A stretch of DNA of 59,825 bases, the filler included, from Sphacelaria rigidula (Eukaryota): the NCBI GenBank assembly GCA_964200075.2. It is 10 parts of 10 records of this genome, joined end to end, with 100 filler letters (N's around TTAATTAATTAA, not from the genome) between each part and the next. Parts side by side here need not be neighbours in the genome. Positions count along the whole stretch, not along the records: positions 11,987 to 17,879 come from CAXNAA020023680.1; positions 17,980 to 23,872 come from CAXNAA020023681.1; 8 more parts are not named here. One strand, given 5' to 3'. This document shows positions 12,223 through 23,611 of this stretch, piece after piece. Within the stretch, counting starts at the first letter, position 1; each line of letters opens with the position of its first letter. Under the pieces are notes generated by a model. That model saw only the letters and a program-made list of their open reading frames with translations. It was not told the origin of the DNA and did not search any database. The position numbers were made by a program, and so were the translations under genes.

Positions 12223-12489
12223 GTTTGCCCTTTGTAATTCCTTCGGAGGCTCGAAAAGTTGACCGCCCTGGAGGAATTATGGGGGGTAGCGAATGGCCGC
12301 GTGTGTAACGCTCACCATGTTAGCCGTGGGACTGGAAGTCCTTATTTGCTTATACTTTGTACTTATTTCTTGTGGTAACCGTCATCTTCGCTTTCCGCAA
12401 ATTTATTTAAAACCACCACAGGTGCGAGAACCGCGGCGTTGGTACCTGCAGCGGTGTTGCCACGTGCGTCAGCCGTGGCTCACCACTAG

Positions 12490-12508
12490 TTATTATTATT
12501 ATTATTAC

Positions 12509-12576
<68 letters not shown>

Positions 12577-12720
12577 GTTATTGTTATTGTTATTGTTATT
12601 ATTATTTTTATTATTACTATTTCTATTTCTATTACTATTATTACTATTACTATTACTATTACTATTACTATTACTATTACTATTACTATTACTATTACTA
12701 TTACTATTACTATTACTATG

Positions 12721-12752
<32 letters not shown>

Positions 12753-12757
12753 CATTA
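12490..12757. repeat. Compound microsatellite (TTA)n/(TTG)/(CTA)/(TCA)
   Basis: Directly visible. It explains the poly-L, poly-I and poly-N ORFs. Confidence 0.98.
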
Positions 12758-14446
12758 GATAGCCCCTTACTGCGTATAAGCTTTACACTACGCAAGTGAG
12801 CCGTGCGCCGATGGGGCGGGGGGGTGCTTTCACGAAAAACGAGCGTGTAGGTGTGTCAGACGACCTATCACACTCGTGGTGCGCTTATATTTGGGTAAAA
12901 ATGGTGTCAATCAGTACGAATGAGCGTTTTTCATCGGTGAAAAGCGCGTTTGAACAACCGTTACTGCTTCCAATGAATTATTAGTAGTGGAATTTCGTGG
13001 AAGAAATGTCCTTGGATAACCCCCCCCCCCCCCCTATGGTAGCATGACTGAAATATTTCGTGAAATGTTCGAAGCACACCATGTAAAGCAGCGTGTCCGT
13101 CCTTGAGACACTTGCTATGATAGCCTCCCTAAAAAAGTGGCTGGTTTGGGGAGGCTAAATCTACGCGTAAATCGAAATGAAAAAAGCCGAGCACAATGAG
13201 CACCTGGGAGTTCCCACGATTGGGTTCGTTTTCGTCAATGTCACCCATATGAGACGCTTCATGCAGCCCGAAACCAAACATCGGAGGCTGTATGACCATT
13301 TTCTTCGTTACAGTTTTGGGCTATCGAAGGAATTGTCCCAGGTTTTGGAGGACGACGTATTCTTGTGGCGCGCCTGAAAAAAATATTGGACAAAAATCGT
13401 GGGTGTTTATCTGACGGTTAGTTTTATTCTACGGTTATGAATCTTGAGACACCAGTGTTTTCTGAACGTGGTGTAGGAGGCCGGCTAACGGAAAAGTGGC
13501 AGCAATGTCCCATCATGGATGAAAAGGAAAGAAGACTGTTTGCGATTAATGTTGAAGTCGAAATCCGATGAATGGGATCAAATTGTGCATTTTCCGTTAT
13601 GAATAACACACCGTTCACCATTTGCCACTTAGTTTTCGTATTTTTTGTTTAATGCTCTCGTCATTAGTGTCGTCCTTATTATCATCATAGTCGTCCCCGC
13701 TGTCATTGTTCAACGGTCTTACTAGTACTGCTGCTATGTTCACTTTCATGTGGTGTTACCAACAAAATAGTTATTAATATCAACTCGATTATCATCATTG
13801 CTCCTCCACCAGCATTTCCACCGCCCGTACTGCCTCTGCCCTGCCGCGCGCTCCTCGTCTTGAATCGGCATGATGTTCACTTCGTTAATGGCCTTCAACA
13901 ACATAACATGTCCTCTGTTTGTGCTTCAAGGTCCAACTATATTGCAACCAATATTCGCACAATCGTGTGTGGAGACGAGTTACGCAGCATTATCACGTTG
14001 AACGCAATTTTTCCCCCCCACGAACGGTCAAGACCACAATAATTGAGTCTTCGTGAAGATGTTGGGCGACCGAGGTCTTGATAGTGAAGCGTGCGGAATG
14101 CCGATACGCGGTGTGTCCCCCACGCACTCCTGGGCGTCTTTTTTCATCACAAAACACCTGCGAGTGAGTTTCAAATCAAGCCTTTCGTTGTTTTTGATGA
14201 AGCTTGGGGCATCAAAATGCTAAATTTTGTCCTGAAAAACAGGAAGATGAAAAAATTGTCATTCGAAGGTTTTGTAGAATTTCGAGTCGCCGTGCCGACC
14301 TCGCCTCGACTGACTTTTGCAAATCGAAAGGGCGTAGCTTCCTCGCGTTATGTTCGGTGATAATCGTTTTGATGTGTGTGAATTCTAAGCGCCGTTTGCT
14401 CTCTTCTTTGTTCCGTTCCCCCGTCCTGCGTTGCGTCGACCATTGC

Positions 14447-14534
14447 CATCATCATCATCATCAACATCAACAACATCATCATCAACATCATCATCATCAT
14501 CATCATCAACAACAACAACAACAACAACAACATC
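14447..14534. repeat. (CAT)n(CAA)n microsatellite
   Basis: Directly visible. Confidence 0.97.
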
Positions 14535-15304
14535 AGATCTGAGTCTGGCTACTGTGTGGACCCGCCTGACTTGAACAAAGCTCGTAGAGATCAGACCATG
14601 CTTCAGGGCATCGGAAAATAGACTCATAGAGGAAGGGCACAGGGGATGGAGGGGGGCGGATGGGAGCGGCGTACTCATTTGTTATTTGCCTTAGTCCTTT
14701 GACCATTGACTACGCACCCCTTCCAAGACTGAGCACCGTCCCTGCTCCTAATAGAGACACCTCCAACATTCGGATGTTTTTTACGCTTCTTTCATACGTC
14801 ACACACACACAAAACCTTTAAAATATCTTATCCCCTTCCTGCTTCGTCGACTGTGGCCGCCATCTCTCTGCTGGTATAGCGATTGATGTCTCGCTTTCGA
14901 AACAGAGTACGCGGCACATGATAATTGGTAGGTTGGCGCGCAGTGGCGAAGGAAAACATTCTTACCTGTCCTGCGGCCCATATCTTCTTGCCTTTTCCGT
15001 CGAAGCCACATATGCTCAGGCTTAACAGGACTATTTTTATCAAGTTTAAAGAGGCAACCGGATGGAGGCAGGAGAAGAACAGGACATACAGACGCGTGCG
15101 CAAAGCTATTCTACTCGGAAGTATCGATGATATGATTCGTCGAAGGCTCCACCAGTTCAGTATGGGCACGTGTTCGTAGGCGCTCAACCGGCGACGCGAT
15201 TAGTCGCCATGGTGTCCCGCTCGTGTGCGAATGAGGCACAAAAATGATTGATGGGAAAAAGTCGGAAGGTCTTTCCGAACCCTGGATCTCCGACTTCATG
15301 GTCA

Positions 15305-15686
15305 ACTATAGTATATATATACGTATATACATAGAATACTTCCAACTCACGAGCGTGCAGCATACTTCGTAACGAGGGGTCCACGAGATTTGTTGCTGAT
15401 TTTAGTGTTCAAGTTCCTCCGTACCCGCCCCGGGAGATGACTGTTCGGGCCAATGCCAATGCTAGGGGCCCGGTACGCGGATTTGTGCTACACTTTGTGC
15501 GGGGGCACACATGCGTTCGCGACCGTTAAACGGACGCGCGATCGTGGTGATCCTGCGATGTTTCCGGCGGGCATGAACATTTCGAGAGAGGATATATTCC
15601 CATGAGGGCTTGGCAAGGCAAGAATGCCGAGACCCTCGAAAAAGACGGACGGGACCGGGGCGCACCCCCGGGTCCCGTGCGGCTTG
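15305..15686 (+). mobile_element. Helitron-like element, second copy
   Basis: Aligns along its length with 9770-10141. Hairpin GGGACCGGGG...CCCCGGGTCCC, then CTTG|T, in a (TA)n context. Confidence 0.55.
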
Positions 15687-15774
15687 TATATATATATATA
15701 TATATATCAGATCTTAAGGCTACTCCTATATACATATTTCAGATCTTAAGGCTACCCCTAAGCCGATATCCTGC

Positions 15775-16203
15775 TACCAACACGGAATTTTACAAATTGG
15801 GGATGGATTTTTTATTGAGGATGAGATCCCGGATAAATAAAATCTTCGAAGCATAATTCCACTCCTTCACCTACTGGTAGCTATTGACAACTACTACACG
15901 CCATTCAAATTTGGATCCTGATAACCAACATCTTGGGTTCCTACGTGAAGAAATGTTTTGGGGGAAACGAGAAGATCTGATCGAATCGCCGAATTCCCCA
16001 AAAATGTTTTTTCACCTAGGATCCCAAAATTTCGGTTATCGAAATCCAAATTCGCATGGTGAGTAGTAGTTGTCAGTAGCTACCAGCCAGTGAAGAAATG
16101 GAAATATATTTCGAGCATTTGGTGTGAACACGAAGATTACAGTTGTCCGGGTTTCTCATCCCCGATAGAAAATCCGTCCCCAGCTCGTATAATTCCGTAT
16201 TAA
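15775..16203. mobile_element. Foldback MITE with ~190-bp imperfect inverted arms
   Basis: CTGGTAGCTATTGACAACTACTAC pairs with GTAGTAGTTGTCAGTAGCTACCAG, and ACGGAATT..GGGGATGGATTT pairs with AAATCCGTCCCC..AATTCCGT. One arm recurs at ~35135-35310. Confidence 0.75.
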
Positions 16204-19041
16204 CTGCGTGACACTTTTGTGTCGTACTGCTAGTCATCCCCCACCCCTTCCCCTCGTCAGGACGAGTTTCCAGTCTCGAGGGAAATATCCCCACATTTTC
16301 CTCCGCACATGCGTGACGTTTTGGTGTGATCGAGGGTTGGATCAGCCATGCCTGAGCCGCTTCATATCTCGAAGAATTTTCTTCGTCGCTCACATCTTGA
16401 TGTTTTCAACGAGATGAATCAGATACTTCTCGGGAGAAACCCTCATCTGCCGGAATTTTCCACCCACAAACTTCCTTATCCTGGTCACGCGCGTACGTCT
16501 CTTGTGTGTGTGTGTGTTGCGCAATATCTTTCTCACCTAGAGTCATGCTACAGGGACCGGCCATTTCTACATTGATTTCAGGATATTTAGTATTTTTCAT
16601 TGGGGCAGCACAGTATTTGTTTTTGTTCTTCTCTTCTCGTCTTCTCCCCTGCGTCCCTTCTTGCTTCTTTAACTGTTTTTTTTTCTTCTCAATTTTTCCC
16701 CCCTCCCCGGTTTTCCTCTTCCTGAGGTGTTTCCGTTCAGTGAACCTTGAAGCCGTCTATTTCATGACCACCACGATTGGCCGTATCTCCCAGGGACCAC
16801 GCATTAGAGCTCTAATATGCGAAAACTACCAATCAACCAACCTCCCGCCGTCACCTGCTAGATAACACACCTTGGGCAGAATAGGGTCAATATATTTGTT
16901 GTTGCAACAGACAACAAATGTACTGCTTAAGGTAGAAGCCTATAGCGGCAATGTCGGCCGACACATTAACCCTTTTGGGACCGGACCGCCACTAACACAG
17001 GGTTGACCCTGTGTCTGTGGTATTCTAATTTTCAAATTGGTTGTTGTCTCAGGCAATTCCAGATTCGGCACTAGATTTCTGTGACAGAAGAAAACTCTCG
17101 TTTTTTCCGGAATACTTTGAAAAAAACAAAGAGAACTTTTCGAAAAACAAGCAGAACTTTCGAAAAACTGCCCAAAACATGACCCGATTATACGGAGTAC
17201 AGGGTACCACACTGAACACAAGACAACACAGCAGTTCTGCAGTGTTTTTTAGAAGCTGAACACTGATCTCCTGTTTGACCCCGGCTGGTGCGCCCACATA
17301 TAAATACCGAAAGTTGTGCCCACATATACCGAAAGCTGTAGACCGGCGTCCAGAATAGATGAGACGACAACACACACGCACACTGTACATACAGATGCCG
17401 CACAGCAGACATCAGACAACTCGTAGAACCTATACTGTACATACAAATACCGCGCATCAGACAGTAAACTTGTAGTCTGCCGATGTGGGAGTGTGTGTTG
17501 CTCTATTGCAGCGGAAGAATCGGGGCGAGGATACCACCATCAAACCAAAGAACAAAGGGAAGAGGCGGATGCCCGCAACAGCAGCGGCCCAAAGTGGAAA
17601 TGACTGACAAGTAACGGAAACGGAGCGCACACTACTGACGGCCCGGAGCGGAAGAAGAAGGAGGAAGAGATCGTTGATCGGGAGTGGGGATGGGGTTATG
17701 GGCAGAAACGATCGGCTGCGTACCATTAGTCAGGGTGAGCGGCGCGCAGCATGGTCTTACTCTGTGATGTTAAGTGTCTAGCGTGCTTTCGTCGTTCGGA
17801 TGGGATATCAGCCCGAACATGTTGATATACCATGCTTTTCTTCGTTACAGTGCAGTTTTGAGCACGTGTTCTTCGAAGTNNNNNNNNNNNNNNNNNNNNN
17901 NNNNNNNNNNNNNNNNNNNNNNNTTAATTAATTAANNNNNNNNNNNNNNNNNNNNNNNNNNNNNNNNNNNNNNNNNNNNCTCTTTACAACTCGAAGACTT
18001 TTTTTTTTTTTTTGGTGTCGAGATAGTCGGGATCTGACCCCCTACCCCGGTCAAGTAGGTCAACCGCGACCTTGGATAAAAAGCCACCAACAACAAAAAA
18101 CAAACAAAGCCGGTCTTCGAGTTTCAGATAGTGCCCTCCAGAACATGTGGGCAAATTTCCGTGGTCTAACTCGAAAAAACGGCGTGAGGAAATACCAAAA
18201 CGTGCGCTGAAGAATAAAAAAAGTCTGTAATTAATTGATTAAAGTAAATAATCCTCCTTTTGGGGGGTTATTTTCACGGTAAAAGATCCAGCCGATTCAG
18301 TTTTTCGAGTTGAGCAACGAAAATTGGTACACATGTTTCTTGGGATACCACCTGACCCTAAGATGTCGAAATTTTTGGTGTTGGGGTATTCTGTACCGGT
18401 TCCCTGGGGTCTTTATGCTGGGACCCCCGGAAGCCGGTAGAGAACGGAGAAACTTTGAAATCTTGCCAAAAGGTAATAATTGTTCCATTTGGAGCATCAA
18501 TACCTACGGAACTGCTAAGTTTGAGGATGATGTAAGCTTTTCTCCAACAGAAAAAGGGAAACCGTCTGGAGGCTCCGTGAGTCTTTCGTACGTATCATGA
18601 GTGGAAATTAGACGACGCCGAAGCTCCACATCACCGAAACATTACGGTTTTGGGCAAAATTCGACCCCGTTGCAACCGTTTTCAAATCTGTATCTCCCAT
18701 TAGATTCCCAAGCTGATGACGGTTACTACAATTTGAACCATGTAGAGATTCGGTGGAAATTTGGCTTTGAATTCGTGTTTTCAATTTCGGAACAATTTGA
18801 AAGGCGCTGATTGTTCGAGCCATATTTTTGTCCATAGCGCCCTGCTACAGCCTTGAACAAAACTCCGGCTATGTCACCCTTTTCGTCTGTTCATTGCGGT
18901 CAGTATGATTCCACATATGTGCATATTGGCTGGGTATTGCGTTCATCATTAGCCGGGGAATATACTTTGGGTATTCAATCTGAACCAGCTTGTATGAAGA
19001 AGAAAAAAGGCTCTGTTCTACCGCGTGAAACCAAGAAAAAG

Positions 19042-19293
19042 TTCACACGTCGGACAGCTCATGAGCTAGCTGAAATAAAAGTAAGTAATCGAAGAAAACT
19101 CTCGGATCCATTGTACAGAAACACAAAACACCTGACAGCAGTGTCCGAGAAGCCGAAGCGTTACCTTCCCGTCCGTCGCTGTCGGGAGCTAATACGGAAA
19201 TAGTGGCACACCAGCTATTATAACTCATGATCCGGAACAGTAATCGAATAAGAAATAATATCCAGGTAGCTCATGAGCTGTCCGACGTGTGAA
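19042..19293. mobile_element. MITE-like unit with a perfect 27-bp inverted repeat; a diverged sister copy lies at 19374-19631
   Basis: TTCACACGTCGGACAGCTCATGAGCTA ... TAGCTCATGAGCTGTCCGACGTGTGAA. Confidence 0.7.
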
Positions 19294-20063
19294 AAAAAAA
19301 TTAACACGGGATCCTGACAAAAAAGCGAACTTTTTTTTTTGGAACGAACATCTATGATAATTGTATGTAGTCATCACACGTCGGACAGATCATGATGAAG
19401 CTGAAATAACTAACGGAAGAAGACTCTCGGATCTTTGGATCCCAAAAAAAAAAATACTGACGCGGAGTCGGAAAAACCAAAGCGCAGCCTTTGCGCTGCT
19501 CGGCGTGCTCGGTGTCCGGCGCTGTGCGGAGCAAACATTGAAGAGGGGGGTCAAATGATGCGGATCATGATCCGGATTAGTATACCGAGAGGAAGTCATT
19601 TTTAGACGGATCATGGTCTGTCCGACGTGTATATGTAATACAAGAGTGCCACTGAATCCAGTTGCAATATTACACACCCTGGACAATATATTGTCCGTCA
19701 ATAGTTGCAGTAGGCCTATACTTTGAGCATATATTTTTTCTCATGTTAGTGTTCAACACATGTTGTCCGGCAATAGTTGCAATAAATAGGCCTATACTTT
19801 ACGCAGTACAATTTTTTCCTATTTCAACTACTCACGTTGACCACATATTGTCTGGGATGTGCAATATTACTATTATAGATATATTTTCGACCCTCCCCCG
19901 TTCGCTCCCATAGAAAAATCTCGTTCCCTTTTTTCAGATTCCTGTGTTTGTGACCAAAGTGACGAAATGTCAATGGCCTATTATGTACTGCCGTTGACTG
20001 TTGATTCTATTCCTTTTTCATCCCCATTTTTGTCCGTCGCATCGGGTGGGCCATATTCTGCAG

Positions 20064-20170
20064 GTACTATCCCCACACGGCACCCCGACGAGAGCGCGTG
20101 AAGCACGTTGGTCTGGCACAGGCCTTGCTGTCCTTCGCAGACCGCTTCGAACAAGAACCCAAAGACAATG
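20064..20170 (+). CDS. CCZ1: Exon of vacuolar fusion protein CCZ1-like (first longin domain)
   Basis: YYPHTAPRRERVKHVGLAQALLSFADRF resembles the CCZ1 FYHP...EKIRNVGLCEAIVQFTRTF motif as recalled. Acceptor ctgcag, donor gttagt. Confidence 0.72.
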
Positions 20171-20274
20171 GTTAGTGCAACGCGAGGGCTTCTCTCGCAA
20201 TCCACAGGCATATGGAGGATTCCACCCGTGGCGACCCATCCTTGCCCCCTTTTTTCCTCTCTGGGTGAAATTTG

Positions 20275-20783
20275 CAAAGGCAGGTCAAGTAGAGTATGTA
20301 CTTCAGAGTACTCGAGTAATATACCCGAGTATTTGCTCTACTCAAATTTTGAGTAGGTCGAGTACGGCTTCAAATACTCAACTCAAATTTTGAGTAGATC
20401 AAGTACGGCCTTCAGTACTCTACTCTAATATTGAGTAAGTATTCTCAGTGATACTTGAGAGTAAAATATCACTTGGGTATGACCTCAATACTCTGCTTGA
20501 ATTTTGAGTAGGTCGAGTACGACCTCAAATACTCTACTCGAATTTTGAGTAGGTCGAGTACGGCCCCAAATTCTCTACTCAAAATTTGAGTAGATCGAGT
20601 ACGACCTCCGATACCCTACTCAAATATCGAGTATGCACTCTCAGTAATTTTATGAGTATAAAGTATCGCGTGGATACGACCTTGATAGTTTACTTATATT
20701 TTGAGTAGGTCGAGTACGGCCTCAAATACTCTACTCTTGAAAAAATACTGAGTATCGAGTATACTCTACTCGACCTGCCCTTG
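20275..20783. mobile_element. hAT-type MITE with internal tandem subrepeats, in a CCZ1 intron
   Basis: 23-bp TIR CAA(A/G)GGCAGGTC(A/G)AGTAGAGTAT. Exact 8-bp TSD GAAATTTG at 20267-20274 and 20784-20791. Internal ~41-bp units TTTTGAGTAGGTCGAGTACGGCCTCAAATACTCTACTC. Confidence 0.88.
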
Positions 20784-21221
20784 GAAATTTGCTGTCACCG
20801 TGCAGCCGATTTTTTTTTTCGTTTTTGTAGAGAGTATTTCTCAGTGGGCCGAATAAAGGAAGACTCGGGTGTGCATGATATTACTTTTGGTCATTTGACA
20901 GCCCTCGTGGTGAAAAGACGGCGAGGCAAGTAATGCCGCCTCGTAATGGCTTGCTCTGTTGTCTGTTGTACTGACTGTGGGGGAGAATTCCGGCACAAAA
21001 TCGTTGGCGATTGTTCGTTCGCGCAGCTTGATTTACATTAGAGGAAAAGGAAAAAGCAATGACAAAAACTACTTGTTGATCGTCGAGAGTGTATGCCAAA
21101 ACGAGCTCCCAAGCGCACTCGTAGATCCGGAGCGCTTGTCGAAACTGTACTGTACTTTTTTACTGTACAAGCACTATTGTTGTGCGCCCCATGCCACATA
21201 CCGGCGGTTGTAGGAAGCCCA

Positions 21222-21530
21222 TTTACCGGCGTTGGGCTACAAATGTCCATGGTTGACACCATTTTACAAGTATCGCTACTCCCAAGCCTAACCCCACCCC
21301 AACGCATACCGAGAACCTCGGGCAAGGGCGGTACATACATTCCCTAGGCAAAGTGCGGCCTTGGTAGACCCCAAATCGGCGCCTGTGGCGCCGATTTTAA
21401 CGAAAACGCGCTCTGCGCACGCGAGGAGCACACGAGACTGTGTCAGCCCCACTAAAATTCCGATTCTCGTTGTTCACACTTCAATCAAGTGATATCAGCA
21501 ATGGACATTTGAAGCCCAACGCCGGTAAAC
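21222..21530. mobile_element. MITE-like inverted repeat
   Basis: TTTACCGGCGTTGGGCTACAAATGTCCAT pairs with ATGGACATTTGAAGCCCAACGCCGGTAAA. Confidence 0.6.
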
Positions 21531-21760
21531 TCTATACTGGGTTGTACCGCACTTGCGGTCCCGGACATTTCAGCTTTTTTTGTACGTTTACTTTTTTTCC
21601 TTTCGGTGCCCGTGGTCAATCTGCAGAAGTGCTGTTACTTGTTTTTTTTTAAGGATATGTATTATTCCACCGTTTAATGACTCGGTTTTCCCTCTTTCTC
21701 TCTCCCTTCCACCCTCCCCCCCCCACGCACGCACCTACCTTGCACGCATAACGAGGTCAG

Positions 21761-21943
21761 GGCAATCGCGAGGTGTCGAGACGAATGGCGAGGGGAGTGA
21801 TAGAACGGCCCCAGAAAAACGGCCCGCGGGCTACAGGTCATTATCCAATGGCGTGGAGACGGTGCGCACTCGGCATCATTGCCACGGGTTCTTGCAGTGC
21901 GAACCTGGGGTATGGCTAGTGATGGTCATGAAGAATCGCAGAC
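21761..21943 (+). CDS. CCZ1: Next CCZ1-like exon (boundaries approximate)
   Basis: VETVRTRHHCHGFLQCEPGVWLVMVMKN resembles the CCZ1 EP..WMVMVV motif. A polypyrimidine tract and a phase-compatible tcag acceptor precede it; gtgggt is the candidate donor. Confidence 0.68.
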
Positions 21944-22473
21944 GTGGGTATAGAAACAGCTGTCTCGCAAAGAAGAAAGAAAACGAGATATCAAGTCAAC
22001 AAGTATTCGGGGGTTCTTGTACAGGAACAGCTACCGCATTTTTGGTTGGAATATTGTACAAGATACATTCATTCATTACAGTGAATCAAACATGTCGGCT
22101 TCGAGAATACGGGGATGTGCACCCCCCCCGCCCGGAAGCATATTTGCCTCCCGACAGTATGAAACGAAATGCTCGCATAAGTGCATGGTGACTGGACTGA
22201 GCCGAATACCTTCGCTGAGAACAGGTTAACAAAAAGGGAACGGTGACGGTCGGGTACTACGCCGCTGCACCTGTAGTTGACAGGTTCAGGTTTACCTGTC
22301 TAGGCGTACCCAGTGGTATGATTGATTGAAATGGAAAGGGATTGTGGTAGTTACCGGTAGAACAGACCGACACCCTGAAATTGTCCTAAAGGTGTGCAGG
22401 TATGCGCCTAAATGCTACCACTCATAGTAAATTCAGGGGTATCAATAGCCAAACCCCGTCGAACGCAGAGTAA

Positions 22474-22803
22474 TATGTGTGTGTAAGTCGTGTGTGTCGT
22501 CATCCCATCTGTTCTGGACGCCAGCCTACACCTGTCGGTAATATGTGGGCGCATCAACCGTGGTCACACAGGAGGAGGTCCAATGCAGGAGTTTCTTGTG
22601 TGTGTGTGTGTGTTGGTACCCCAGCTCCTTTCTGCGGTGCTTACCTTATTTTTTTATCGAGAGAGCGGTTCAGTAGTCGCTTTCCACTGTTGGGCATTGT
22701 GTGAGGAAAATCTCAGACCGTGCGATTGTACCGAGATTGAAACCCAAGACTCAACCGTGGGAAGGATCCGAGGTCGAGGTTATCAACTGAGCCACCGGAG
22801 CGA
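22474..22803 (-). mobile_element. tRNA-derived SINE, second family
   Basis: The minus strand starts TCGCTCCGGTGGCTCAGTTGATAA (A-box-like). The tail GCGCCCACATAT...GGCGTCCAGAA...GACGAC-(AC)n recurs at ~17275-17380 and ~53760-53833. Confidence 0.65.
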
Positions 22804-22809
22804 CCCGCA

Positions 22810-23162
22810 AGTAGATGCACAGAATTGCCCCTGTGGCAAGCAAGAGGGAGCAGAACTCATCAAGTGGGAGAACGTGACTATGTACAAGTAGGAAGGGGAC
22901 GTGTTAGATGGAGGGATATGTGGGAACCCAACGAACGCGACATGAGATCGTTCGGTACTCGGGATAGTAGCAGGAAGTCAAAGAAGGGGTTGGGGTTGGG
23001 ATATATGGACGGTATGGAAAAAAATGTTGCTGTGAGTGCCCAAACGTTGGAGGTGTCTCTGTGAAGAGTAGAAACGGTACTTCGTCTCGAAAGAGATGCG
23101 TGGTCCATGGTCAACTGACTAAGGCAAGCAACAAATGAGCACGCCCCCCCCCTCCGTCCCCC
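22810..23162 (+). mobile_element. 5'-truncated LINE fragment: C-terminal zinc-knuckle-like region, stop codon, then C-tract (longest module A copy)
   Basis: Frameshifted peptide NCPCGK...SRTHQVGE...NVGGVSVKSRNGTSSRKRCVVHGQLTKASNK*, immediately followed by GCACG-CCCCCCCCC. Confidence 0.65.
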
Positions 23163-23572
23163 TCGAGCGCAGAGGCGATTCCTATGTTTGACCAGGCACG
23201 AGGTTATACCCTCTGGGGTCTCAGATCCTCTCAAATGGACCCTAGGCGGACTCGTGGAACTTTGTGCAAACTGATGCACTTAATGGAATCAAAAACTTTG
23301 GTATGGGGTTGAGGACCACGGAATAGACGCCATGTTGTCACTGCGGGGCGGTGCTCATGAACAGAGATGAGCTACTCCGCCATAGGGTTGGGGTTGACGG
23401 TGACGGCGTCAAAGATTCAGCTGATGATTATTTCGAAAAGAGGGTCTGGTGCTCGATGTGTCAAGCTGTCATTCATCATGTTCGTGTCGGTCAAATCATT
23501 ACTTGCGGTCACAGATGGATGGAAACATTGAGGCGTATGAGATCATCGTAGGTCGTTTGTGTACCTTGGCGT

Positions 23573-23611
<39 letters not shown>

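Noticed and set aside
12293..12795. Poly-Leu/Ile/Asn ORFs, and poly-His/Gln ORFs at 14204-14678
   Set aside because: Translation artefacts of trinucleotide microsatellites.
15020..15170. Possible coding exon LNRTIFIKFKEATGWRQEKNR
   Set aside because: No recognisable family and only a weak donor, so it cannot be supported.
17512..17734. Exon-like segment with a good acceptor and a gtgagc donor
   Set aside because: Stops occur in all three frames and no domain is recognisable.
20330..20740. CRISPR-like array of palindromic repeats
   Set aside because: The units are degenerate tandem copies without unique spacers, there are no cas genes, and the region is bounded by hAT TIRs and a TSD.
22740..22803. 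tRNA gene (also ~7035-7115)
   Set aside because: Only degenerate A/B-box-like motifs attached to dispersed repeat bodies, and no full cloverleaf could be built. Treated as SINE heads.
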